Below are positions 34,850 to 45,845 of a DNA stretch of 64,000 nucleotides, one piece after another (within the stretch, counting starts at the first letter, position 1; every line of letters starts with the position of its first letter). Source of the DNA: Piedraia hortae CBS 480.64. Taxonomy: Eukaryota. The DNA lies in contig MU006015.1 in the NCBI GenBank assembly GCA_010093745.1, positions 12,184 through 76,183 on the forward strand. Reading direction: 5' to 3'. Under the pieces are notes generated by a model. The model worked only from the letters and a program-made list of their open reading frames with translations, searched no databases and was not told the DNA's origin. A program made the position numbers and the translations under genes.

Positions 34850-35551
34850 GACGTATCCTCTTCTACTGCGTATTAAAGGGTCATTTCAGTACATCCCTTC
34901 CTTAAACCCGGTAAGTCTCAGAGTTGCAATACTGCACATGCGTTTTGACGAGGGTGCTCGCACCCAATAAACTCGTTAACCACCCACAGTGCCATGTCCC
35001 CCAGGCTAATGAGCCTGTTTCATAAGTCTTTTTAGACATGCCTTGAGAGCCCGTCGAACCCATCTCGACGGGAGCGATTGCTGCTCTATCATTGCTATTG
35101 CCCATGCTGCGGTTGACAGGAAGGCGTGTTTATAGCAAGTTCCCTCGTGAAAGCGATCCACCGAGTTAGTGTTGCCAAAGACAACGCCAGCTTTGGTGTG
35201 CATAATTACATGACATTTGCAATTTGTGCTGTTGAGAAATTGTCTGCCATCGTAGCACAAATTTACAAAGACGCTGGTGGACTACGCAGAGAGTCATTGT
35301 GGGTAATTAGTTCATGGTGCATGCGATTATCTGGCCTGTAACCAGTTCTTGTGATTAATAACTTATCATCCTGGAGGACATCATCAGATGACAGCGAGTG
35401 TGAGGTGGGGTGTTCTTTCTGCCTCAGGTATCAAAGGTCCTCCACCACGGTCAAGTCTTGGCGGCTTGTTGCGCACCCACTTGAGAAAATTGGGTGGGCA
35501 AGCCGCTTTCTACACTTGCACCACACATCTCTAGCGGAGAGCGTCGTCAAC

Positions 35552-36580
35552 ATGCCATTCGTAAGTGTTTCGCCCTGGCATTGATTGCTTGAAGTGCGTG
35601 CGGACGTTTGCTGATCCGGGGGAACCGATCTAGACCAAGCTGGTCAAGAACTCGGCATACTTTAGGTATGTAGCTGCAACATGGGTTTCTGCTGCTTCTA
35701 ACCACTGCGCAGCCGTTACCAAGTCAAGTACAAGCGTCGCCGCGCTGGCAAGACGGACTACTACGCTCGCAAGCGTCTCATTAGCCAGGCCAAAAACAAG
35801 TACAACGCACCCAAATACCGACTTGTCGTGCGTTTCACCAAGCGCGACATCATCGCCCAGATTGTGACATCGGAGATCGGTGGCGACAAGGTTTTTGTTG
35901 CTGCCTACGGTCATGAGTTGAAGCGCTATGGCATCACCCACGGCCTGACCAACTGGGCGGCCGCCTATTGCGTTGGCTTGCTTATTGCCCGCCGGCTGCT
36001 CACCAAGGTCGACCTGGCTGATCAGTTCACCGGCGTCGAAGAACCCGATGGCGAGTTCAAGCTGACAGAGGCTGCTGGAGAGGGTGATGATGAACGCCGC
36101 CCCTTTAAAGTCTTCCTCGATGTCGGACTTGCTCGCACCTCTACGGGCGCTCGCGTCTTCGGTGCCATGAAAGGAGCATCCGACGGCGGGCTCTTTGTGC
36201 CGCACTCTGAGAAGCGCTTCCCGGGCTATGACATTGAAACGAAGGAGTTGGACGCTGAAACTCTCCGAAAGTACATCTATGGTGGCCATGTAGCCGAGTA
36301 CATGGAAACTTTGGCGGACGATGATGAGGAGCGCTACAAAAGCCAGTTTTCAGGTTACATTGAGGATGAGATTGAGGCCGATGGACTGGAAGAGCTCTAC
36401 TCGGAAGCGCACAGTCAGATCCGCAAAGACCCGTGGAAGAAGGACACAGAGGAAAGTTCAAAAAAGTCTAAAGAGGAGTGGAAGGCGGAGAGCAAGAAGT
36501 ACCGGACGCCCAAGATGAGCAAGGAAGAAAAGAAGAAGCGTGTGCAGGAGAAGACTAAAGCACTGGCTGGAGAGGTATGA
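35552..36580 (+). CDS. RPL5: 60S ribosomal protein L5 (uL18)
   Basis: [42 protein letters not shown] and [13 protein letters not shown]; introns 35561-35633 and 35666-35712. Confidence 0.97.
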
Positions 36581-36691
36581 ACGTTAGCCTAGCGATTAGA
36601 CTGCAACAGCCTTTGATCCGGGTTCTCGGCCAGCGTGAGTGCATCGCGGCCATGTTTACATTGCTCACGTGCCGGGATGCCAGAGGAGGCC

Positions 36692-37624
36692 CTACATGTC
36701 CATGTTACCCGTGAAATCAACGGATTCCTCAGCACAGTCATCACCAAAGCAAGGCAAGTCATTCATGGGCTCGTCATATTCGTCGGTCTCGCACCAGCTG
36801 TCAGACTCGTACCCGTCCGGCACAATCAAGCCGGAGGGCGCACTGCGGCTGAGGGCGCTGGCAACGCGATAGTGCAGATAGCACACGCGCTTCTCACGAC
36901 GGTTGTAAAACAGGTAATGTTTGCTCCACATGTCGCCCTCGTACAGTGTGAGCGGGTTGTTCTGCGGCGCCCAGCGGTACAGCTCCGACTGGTGGAGTTT
37001 TATCTGATCGTCAATCAAGGCCCACATGCGAACGCTCCAAACAGCGAGCCCGCGCTCGTTAAACACGGGGGGCGCTGTTTTGGGAGGCGTGTCTGAAACC
37101 AGCGACGGAGGAAAACATGGGCCCCGGCGGAGATGATAGAGCTCGCTATCGATGTCGTACATTAGCCTGCGCAGCGACGTCACGCGACGAAAGTCTGACG
37201 GTCGCAGATCCAGCGAGAAGTCGTAGTCGGTATGCGACGCGTTCAACGTCGCGATAAGATGGGCTAGTGTCTTGCGCGCCCTCTTCTGGCTCAACGGGCC
37301 AAACGCCGACTTGCACGAGACATCGATTTCCGTCGGCAGCGACACGCCCGTGGGCGCGCTGCCATACGTCTTGCGGAACCGACTGACGGTGCGCGCAAGC
37401 TGCAAGTTGGACTCGTGTTGCTCATCAAGAGTGGCATAGATCTTCTTGCACAGTTTCTTGTCCTGCTTGGCAGGTTTGGTTATTAGCAGATCGCAACCTC
37501 CCACAACGTGCTTGTCGATGGTCGAAAAGTTGAGAGCCTGGCTCACGATATCGAACTGCGGAAGAGGCACATACTACATCCCGTTATTTACACCCGTATG
37601 AGACACATCTATGCGTACCTTCAT
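36692..37624 (-). CDS. MAF1: Repressor of RNA polymerase III transcription Maf1
   Basis: MK|YVPLPQFDIVSQALNF, GGCDL, FGPLS, LIATLNASHTDYDFS, WSKHYLFYNRREKRVCYL and an acidic tail; intron after MK. Confidence 0.88.
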
Positions 37625-39181
37625 GGTGGCTGGTCGAAAACGGGTTCGACTTGCGCTTGGGATAAGCTGGTTCTATGGATACACGAACAAGTAATGGTGC
37701 GAGCAGTGGTGCCACAACACGCTTGACGCCAGTCACAGAGTAACACGCGCATTGGAGAGGAAGGCGCTGGTCGGATGACGGGTTCGCGTGCTGATCTGCG
37801 GTGGCCAATCAGGTTGCAAAGCTTACGCACGGTCGCTATCAGCGGTTGCCTTGATATCATATCACTGTGAAGCGCCGCGTTCCTCATTGCTTTCCAGCGG
37901 CTTCCCAGCAGCTGCTCATTTGTCAAGCTCAAGAGGCTGTTCACACGAGTACAAGGCTTTTGCAAAAAAAAGCATTGGATATCTCAATTCAGTTGAGTAT
38001 TTCGCCATGGCTCATTTATCGAGGAGATATCAGGACTCCACCGTGCCGAACACGGGGGTGCTTACTCTGGCATGCGCTTACATTGGCAAACTACGTGTGT
38101 CCCATTCAAGACGGAGTGTTTGTATACGGCAGACGTGGCCTTTCCAAGATAGGAGCTCCGGGTAGATTGTACCTCACCTAATTCCAATTTTGGCGTCAGT
38201 ATCGTTTTCACAACGAGGCGTACTTGCACCAAAGTAGCCTTTCTGGAGACATTTCTGTATCTTTGGTGCTGTATCTTGACTGTGATAAGCTCTGTAAGTG
38301 ACTGGCCACGCGAAGATACATCAGAGTATCAATCGGAGAGGTTTGCACAGGCATACACAGTGGACAAGGCCAAGGTGTGATGAGTCCTTGGTGCTCTAGG
38401 TTTTGTCCATGGACTAAAGCGTGGCGAACCATTCTGCACCATTGGTTGATTGCAATTGGCATACTATTCGCCAACCATCAATATCACGTCATTGCTCGGG
38501 GACGTGCAAAAGCCTTGAATAAATACGTTCGCTGACTTTTGGGTCACGACGAGCGCAGAAATTTGGAACAGTATGAAAATTGATAGGTTGCATTGCTCAC
38601 ATCCATTGTCCATCAAACCGTTCACTATCACCTGTATTTTGGTCTCTCGTTCCAGAAAAGAAGAGCTTATCCACGACAAAATTTATAGAAATTACATGAT
38701 AGTCTAGTCATCCTCCGCGGCCTCAAAAAGTCCGTTGATGTCTCATTCACGACACTTTCTCTTGTAGGATAACTCTTAGATTTCTAGGACTTCGTCATGA
38801 TCTTATATCTTCATCGTTGCAATGATAAGGTTGAGCCTTAGAGGAGCGAAGGTCGTTCATGCATGCTTGAGACGAAGAATCTCGTTTCCCAACAACGTAG
38901 CCTAGGCCGCAATTTTCCTTTCGCCCGTCTGTTTACAATGTCCCTTTGTGATGCCATTGATGGAGGCTTTAGGTCGGACCGGCCCGATGGATCCAATGGC
39001 AAGCAATGACTCCTAAATTGCGACATCACGTTTAGAAAAAAAACGAAACGGTAGCCCACCAACGCACATGCAACAAAAGCCACAGAAAATTCAACATTTC
39101 ATTCCTTTTCTCAGGAGAACCTGGCAACGAAAATCGTTGACAAGGCTTTAATTGTCGCCTCTCCGGGTTCGGACGTCGGCC

Positions 39182-40169
39182 ATGAAACTCCTCTTATCAA
39201 CCTCGTAGGTGCCCTGCGAGCCTGGAACGATATACCCTTGCTAAACAAATGCTGAGCAGTAACATACTCACTGCGGGCTCCCCCGTCCATAGAACCAAAT
39301 CCGGATCCAACACTGAGTTTGTTGACTTTCTTCAGGCCAACTTTGTATCTCGAGCCGAAGCGATAGTCGAAACCGGCAATGGATTAAACGACAATCAAAT
39401 TTATCAAAAATGGACCCGACACAAAGGTGATGTGCTGGAGATCCCTGCCCTTGATCTTACCTCATCAGGGTTACGCGAGGCGTCTGAAAATTATGACATT
39501 ACAGTGAAACTATTCTACCTGCCCGATGTTTCCCTGGCACAGCGAGAAGTACACACGAGAGACGCACTCCAGTTGGTGCTTCGCGAGCTTCACGTATCTT
39601 CTGTCAACCTTCTCATCGTATCCTTTTCTGGTGTTTTCTTTGACGAAGGAGAAGATTGTCCAGGGAAGCTCTCGACGAGAGGTCCGGTAGAGGCGCAAGC
39701 GGAGCCCATTGAAGTGCAGATTGAAACATGGCGAGTTCTAGAAAGCCTGCACGATGAGGGGTTAGTCAAGAAACTAGGCATCGCCGAGCTTGGGCACGAT
39801 CGATTACTCGAGTTTTTACAGCGTACGCGAATACCGCCGGCTGTGGATCAGATCAACCTACGGTACTGTTGTTCTGTGCCGCCGTCGCTGATGAATCTGG
39901 CCAAGAGCCGCAATGTGGAGCTGTTGGTGCACAATGACACGTCCAACATCCTCCCACGAGGTACAGTTCGAGAGTTGCTCGGGCCTTCAGGTGCAAATAT
40001 CCTGGCCGAACATGACCAGGGAGATGCGCATGGCCACCGAACGGCAAATGCTGGGATGAAAGGTGAAGTTCTGCCACTATGGGTGGTGAAATACACCGCA
40101 GTGGTTTCGAACCGAGGAGTGGTGGAGAACAAAGGATACTTTGCAGAAGCAGAGCTACTCCCTACCTGA
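39182..40169 (+). CDS. Glutamate-cysteine ligase regulatory subunit (GCLM-like, aldo-keto reductase fold)
   Basis: MKLLLSTSN, YDITVKLFYL, KLGIAEL, VDQINL, ELLVHND and WVVKYTAVV..RGVVENKGYFA; intron 39205-39259. Confidence 0.85.
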
Positions 40170-40810
40170 ATTGTCATAGAGCGCTTTAACGACACAGAGC
40201 GAGACATGATGTCTTTTAGAAATACATGATACAAAAGCACCCTTCAGTCGAGTGTCATGGCATCTCTAGCCCCCAATGCAGACCGGATTGCGTGTTTGTT
40301 AGACTTCAAGATCAGTATCCACCAGCCTGGCTTCGCCCGATTCATGCGCAGGGCACACAAGACTTCGAGTTAGGGGAGTGGGTAGAAGGCAAATCTCATC
40401 GAGGAGTACGGGCGTAATACAAGCATGTATGCTGCTGCTCGGTGGCTAGGTAAAAGCATCCATATTCGTCACTCCCGGCGTGGATTTGGACCAGCGTGGA
40501 CGGCGCATCTCAGGTGGGTAGGCTGACAAGTATCGCAGGCTGTCACCTGCAGGGAGCCCTCTTCTGCAATGGGGCTTACCGAGTTGTTCAAAGCAGATCT
40601 CTCGCTCTGGGTATGCCCTCACGGTGTATAGGAAGCGATATGAATAAGGGTGATCAAGACTCCCATATGCACAGTCTCCACGCAGGTTGAGGGAGCTCGG
40701 GAAACTAACATTTGAGTCAAGAAGGCGGCACATATCACTCCACTGGACGAGCTCATTGAGTCAATTGATGTCAATATGCTCCTTGTAGCTAACAGATAAA
40801 TGTTGGCGAA

Positions 40811-41494
40811 TCACCAATCGCATGCATTTGCCAAGATATTAGCAAGCTCCTCTAAGAACTTTTGATCGTCCTCGTCAAATCCATCCTTGGCAGCACAGTC
40901 AATGTCGATGATGGCAACAACCTTCCAGAGTCAGTTGAAAATGGGCCGTGGACTCGAGCAACACAGACCTCATCTTGGTGCAGTATAGGCACGACCACTT
41001 CACTTTGGGTATTGGCGTCACAAGCGATGTGGCCTGGGAATTTGCTCACGTCTGGAACAAGCTGAGTGCGGCGGCTGGCCGCGGCAGCGCCGCAGACACC
41101 ACGCCCCCATAGTATACTCTGGCAGGCAACCTTGCCTTGGAAAGGCCCAAGAATGAGCCGAGCTGGATGGGATCGGTCTCGGACATAAAAGCCGGCCCAG
41201 TTCACGTCGCAAGATGGAGGGGGTAATGCGCGGAGCGCATGCCATAGAAGGGAGGCAGCATTTGCAGCGTTACTTGCAAAAGCCTCAGAGACGGGGCCAC
41301 ACAGAGGCACATTCCGGAGTACCTACCACACCCAATTTCGCTGGCTGCAGAAAAGGGAGCGTGCCTGCTCAAGCACTTGGTCGTAGGCCTCGTGCTTGGA
41401 CACGTTGGAGCCAAAGTTTGAAGCATCTGCGTGAACCTACGGAGGACACTGGCTTTAGCCGTGAGCGAAGAGCAGCACCGTCGAGACGCACCAT
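40811..41494 (-). CDS. GAF-domain free methionine-R-sulfoxide reductase (fRMsr, YKL069W-like)
   Basis: Stitched MVHADASNF...QRNWVCNAANAASLLW, VNWAGFY, LGPFQGKVAC, FPGHIACD, ending ACDW; three introns. Confidence 0.9.
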
Positions 41495-42212
41495 CTTTAT
41501 ATCTGAACGATGGTGAGACGTTTTGGCCGGTGCGGCTGCTCCTGGCTCTGCGTCCAGTGCAGACTGATGTTTCGATCGTGCACGTGATTCGTGTGCATAA
41601 GCGCCCGGGTACGTTGGCAGCCGCCCGGTTTTACTAGCTGTAGCGGATGGTGAAGGGGGAGAATCCTCCATTTACAGGGCATTAGCTTGAGGCAGGCCTA
41701 ACTTCCTCATGTGCAGCTCCTGCAGTAACTTGAGCCGTTGCTGACACCATTTGCCAGCATGCAGGAGCCGCAGCCAAAAGTCGAGAGCCACAACCGCCCT
41801 TTACGGCCCCCCGCGTGAAGAGCTGTGATTGGCTGCTTAATCGAGCGACCCCTGTCTCAGTGACTTTGCCCTTTTGCCTTCTTTCCCCCTCGCGCAACCT
41901 TTCAACTTCCCTCAATCACATTCGGCCTTTTTTCCCTTCTTCTGCCAGCCGCCACAAGCACCGGCATACCCTTGAAGCTCTTGCTGATCTCCCCACGCCT
42001 TTGCCTCTTTCGTTGGGCGTCCACCACAAAGGAGCAAAGCTTGTCTTGCCCGGCCGCTTTGACGACTCCCATTATTCTTTGTAATCCCGTAATTTGAGCA
42101 CTCTGTTTGTTCTTGGCCCCCTACAGGTCTGGACAGCGGCCACGCACTCTTTGACCAAGACGACATTTGCAACACAGCGACGACCTTTTGAAATTTAGCA
42201 CACGACACGAGC

Positions 42213-43544
42213 ATGGACGCAGGCGGACTGGCTCATAGCAACTACAGCAATCCCGGAGGTAACAGCGCTCCCGGCAATGGCATTGGGGCTCCAGGTATGG
42301 GCTTTGGAGCCCGCTCCCGCCTCGGCGGCAAGCGTTTGAGCGTTGCCTTACCGCCCAACGTTGACACCATCAGCGAAACTAATCCCACGCCGCGCACCAG
42401 CCGCTCGCATCTGCTGGCAGGCTTGCGGACTCAGCCAAAGATGCAGATACCGGCGTCTGCTCCGTACAACCACTTGCAGCACGCGATTCCAGGCATGGGC
42501 CCTCGCGCATGCAACACCATGGCTGTGCCTCAGAGCGCCATGACCGCTGGCTTTGGCGTGGCCCATTCAGGGTTCCCCACGTACGCCATGGCTGAGCAAA
42601 TTCTGGCGCCGCCTGCCATGCTCGATTCGGCCGCAGAAATGGATCCTTTGGTACTGCAGCAAATGCAAATAACGCGCTCATACTTGGCCAAACGCCAGCA
42701 GGAGTTGCAGCAGCAGCTGGACAACCTGTCTCTGTCCCACAGCACCGCCATCGAACCAACGTATGCCTGTCTACCGCCCATGGACATCTCGGGACAATCG
42801 GGCGTCTACCTGATGTGGAATCCCGCGTCCCAGAGCTACATGTATGCGGTTGACCCCAACATGTCGATGCAAGTCACGTCTCCGTCTGCGTCAGTGACCA
42901 CAGGACGTTCGGTTCCGCGCAAGAATTCGACATCGCCATCTGCGCAGTTTGACCCGCTGCCGTCTTCGTCGGCAAATTCTTTCGGTCGAAGCCACAAGAA
43001 AGGATCGTCTTTGGCCATCAATCCCTTTGGACGTGCTGAAGCCGGGCCTCAAACAGCATCGCCTGCCGCTGTTGGTTCGCAGCGCAGTGCCTCCCCGCCC
43101 ACTCCCATGACAGGAACATTTGCCCCCGGTGCGGCTCGTGCGGGTGAGCATCCGGTGCGTCAGCCCCGTGGACCGCCGGCAATTGACGAGTTGCTGGCTG
43201 CTCCTACTGCAGCTCATGTAGGTAGCAAGAACTTTGCAGCACGTCAGCGGCGTCAAGCACTCGCGAACCTGGCCGAGGTTGGTGCCGGACGTCGCGGCGT
43301 GTCCCGCTCGTCTGAAACCAGCCGGGACAGCGATGATGAAGACAAGAACGTTTCGGAAGTCAAGGACAAAAATGGCCCTGACAGTTACTGCGGCCTTAGC
43401 TCGGCGAGCAGCAGTGAGAGCGAGGACTTGGGGCCATTTCGGCAGCCACCGACGCCAGCAGCGCCGAATTTCATGCAGGGCATGGACCGGAAGACGATGT
43501 TGGGCGTACTCTCGGCAGCGGGCAAGCGCCGGAGCGTATTCTAG
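42213..43544 (+). CDS. Conserved low-complexity ascomycete protein of unknown function
   Basis: 443-aa ORF with recurring fungal motifs PTPRTSRSHLLAGLRT, PVRQPRGPP and GSKNFA.RQRR.A. Confidence 0.75.
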   Translation: MDAGGLAHSNYSNPGGNSAPGNGIGAPGMGFGARSRLGGKRLSVALPPNVDTISETNPTPRTSRSHLLAGLRTQPKMQIPASAPYNHLQHAIPGMGPRACNTMAVPQSAMTAGFGVAHSGFPTYAMAEQILAPPAMLDSAAEMDPLVLQQMQITRSYLAKRQQELQQQLDNLSLSHSTAIEPTYACLPPMDISGQSGVYLMWNPASQSYMYAVDPNMSMQVTSPSASVTTGRSVPRKNSTSPSAQFDPLPSSSANSFGRSHKKGSSLAINPFGRAEAGPQTASPAAVGSQRSASPPTPMTGTFAPGAARAGEHPVRQPRGPPAIDELLAAPTAAHVGSKNFAARQRRQALANLAEVGAGRRGVSRSSETSRDSDDEDKNVSEVKDKNGPDSYCGLSSASSSESEDLGPFRQPPTPAAPNFMQGMDRKTMLGVLSAAGKRRSVF

Positions 43545-43718
43545 CATTGCCGGCGATGCATGGCTGATGACACTTTGTAACAGTTGGCGTTGACGTCTTG
43601 ATGTAACCTTCTTTTTTGCCTAAGTATGTCATGATGTACGCACAAGCTTTATTCTGGGCCCCTTTAGCATTTAATATGGCCCATTTCTACAGTCTCGTTT
43701 TATGTTATGCAGTCTCAG

Positions 43719-44357
43719 TTAAAATCCCCTCCATTCGATCCCACTTCTCGCATCGTCCACCAACGTCTGCCTCAGAGATGCTAGCTTCTCCTTGGCTGCG
43801 TGATCAGCCAATCTACATGCGTCTGCATCCCACTCTCCTTCAGAATGCCATTGCAACACATTGCCGTTGGCCGAACAGACACATAGTTGCAATCCTTTGG
43901 CCCGGCCCAACTGTTCAACAGAAGGGTCCACAATGCCATCTGCTGTCAAGACGGCCACTGCCATAGATTTCAGAGGAAGTCCCGCGTCGTGAACGGCCAA
44001 AAAGGCGGCATCGTACAGTACCGAAAGAGCGCTCAAATCTCTCTTCGCCTTTGGAATTGACTGCAATGCCTTGTTCAACTGGATAAACTGCAATGTTACT
44101 TGAATCTGCGCCCGGGGCATGGTGTGTACTAGAATGACGCTCCTTAGGAAAGCACATATGGCATCCTCCAGATACCGCTCACGTGGGCCAGATGAGCCGC
44201 TTAAAGGTCGTATGTTGACGTCTAGGATCGACGCATCATGCAATTCTTCTCTACGTGCAGTCTCCAACGGTCCATTGACCGTTGCAAGTACTGTGCAATG
44301 TGCGCTTGTGCTGGTGGCGCGGCCGTCGGACGTATGCGTTTGTTTCTGGATAGCCAT
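43719..44357 (-). CDS. RRP46: Exosome core RNase PH-like subunit Rrp46
   Basis: SDGRA, VLATVNGP, RREE, DVNIRP, GPRERYLE, PRAQIQVTLQ and DAGLPL. Confidence 0.8.
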   Translation of the reverse strand: MAIQKQTHTSDGRATSTSAHCTVLATVNGPLETARREELHDASILDVNIRPLSGSSGPRERYLEDAICAFLRSVILVHTMPRAQIQVTLQFIQLNKALQSIPKAKRDLSALSVLYDAAFLAVHDAGLPLKSMAVAVLTADGIVDPSVEQLGRAKGLQLCVCSANGNVLQWHSEGEWDADACRLADHAAKEKLASLRQTLVDDARSGIEWRGF

Positions 44358-45127
44358 CTGCCTAGACGTAGTCCTCTTATTTACAGTTTACCTTTGGTCA
44401 AGTAACAGAAACAGTGGATCGTGGTCACTCAACTTCACCAACTCTTTGTTCTTAATGGTCTTTTTTGTGCGCCGCCGTGTGGGTTTGTGGGTGTATATTG
44501 AAGCCGAGCTAGTTCCCCAATAGGAACCCCTTCCTGCCAAGAAAAAATCTTGCCGTTCTTCAGAATAGAATTTAGAGTTCGCAGTCAAACCACACGCTCT
44601 AACAGCACAATAACAACGGCCAACATTTTATCTACATGGTATGTGTATTCAAGTGGACATTTGCAATTTGATGGTCCAACAACCACCATCCCAGGGCCTG
44701 TTCAACTTCAACACACCCATGCTTCATTCGAGTCACGTTCTCGGACAGGACCCAAACCTTTTGCGGGGAAACAAGCTCGGAATGAAAAATAGTAAAAAGA
44801 CAACACAGCCAACTGCACTCTTTAGACTCGTCCAAGTCGCGCACGAAAGACTCCCCAAGATCAAGTTTGTGTAACTGACAAGTGCCAACAAGCCACATGG
44901 CAACTGTCCCCAAGTCGGCCTTGCTCCGCTGTGAGCAATGCCAGGAGTGAGCTCGGGCCGTGGTACGGGGTGAAGTGAAAGCCCCACCAAGGGGTTCATG
45001 CCTCGATCTAAATTTTCCGGGGCCTCGTGAACAAGAGACGTGTCGAGGTTCGATCCAACTTGCCAATTTGTGTGCAGTTGACTCTCCATTGCCCCACCCG
45101 CCATGCTGTTAAGGGGGAACTATGGCT

Positions 45128-45556
45128 TCAAGTTTGTGCCATGTCGGGGCTGTGAAGCGAGCGAGTCTTTGACCCAGCTACAAGATATCCATCTGACTCC
45201 AGCTCAAGCGGCGTAACAGGACCGGGGCTGCCGAGAGGCTGGAGTCTGGGACTCAAGGGGTTGGTCTGCCCCGATGCCGTAATGCATGCTGGCGATAAGA
45301 GATTATTCTGATAAGCGACCACCTTGCTCTGGGCTTCGCTACGCAGTCGTTGAAGGGCCCGAGGTGAAACGGGCGCAGGTGCTACTCCGGACTGGTTTCC
45401 ACTACTCTGGTCCTGAGCCAAGGCAAAGTTGGCTGGGTGGAAGCGAGGCAGCAAAGGCAGCTTGAGCGAGGCAATGTGTGCTCCACGAGCGCTTTTGGAC
45501 TCAGAATGCTCGGGCCATTCATAACCACCAGTGCTGGGCTGCTTTACCGAGGGCAT
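45128..45556 (-). CDS. Conserved fungal hypothetical protein
   Basis: Motifs LPRFHPANF and PLSPRLQPLGSPGPVTPLELE..GYL.AG, recalled from Pezizomycotina hypothetical proteins. Confidence 0.7.
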   Translation of the reverse strand: MPSVKQPSTGGYEWPEHSESKSARGAHIASLKLPLLPRFHPANFALAQDQSSGNQSGVAPAPVSPRALQRLRSEAQSKVVAYQNNLLSPACITASGQTNPLSPRLQPLGSPGPVTPLELESDGYLVAGSKTRSLHSPDMAQT

Positions 45557-45845
45557 CCTAGCTATCTTGTCCTGTTAGCTTCCTTTTCCTCTTTCCGGGA
45601 AAGCAGATGGTGTAGCCCGATGTCCTAAGAGTGTGCAGTCTTGAGTGCAGGTGCAAGACAACAGTCCAAGGACGTCGCAACGGCTGGATTGCAAAAGAAA
45701 CGAGCCAAGGGACGAATCAAAGGAGCAGAAAGGCATGGGGGAGAAAGAACATAAGAATGAGGTCAGGGCATGACTCAAAGCCGAAACTCGACCCCAAGGG
45801 ATTTCAGTCTAGTGGTTAAGACATGATACCAATACACGTGCTTCA

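Noticed and set aside
34609..34860. SRP RNA or telomerase RNA identity for the structured element
   Set aside because: No SRP helix-8 GNRA/AGCAG arrangement in the right order and no CTAACCCTAA-type template; kept only as an unidentified structure.
38208..38679. Short minus-strand ORFs, one with a vaguely protease-like LMDNG motif
   Set aside because: Too weak to call a retroelement; no LTRs, RT or integrase motifs.
40561..40580. CAATGGGGCTTAC resembling RNase MRP/P conserved region V
   Set aside because: No matching CR-I (GAAAGTCCCC-like) partner found upstream; may simply be a minus-strand GTAAGC splice-donor-like sequence.
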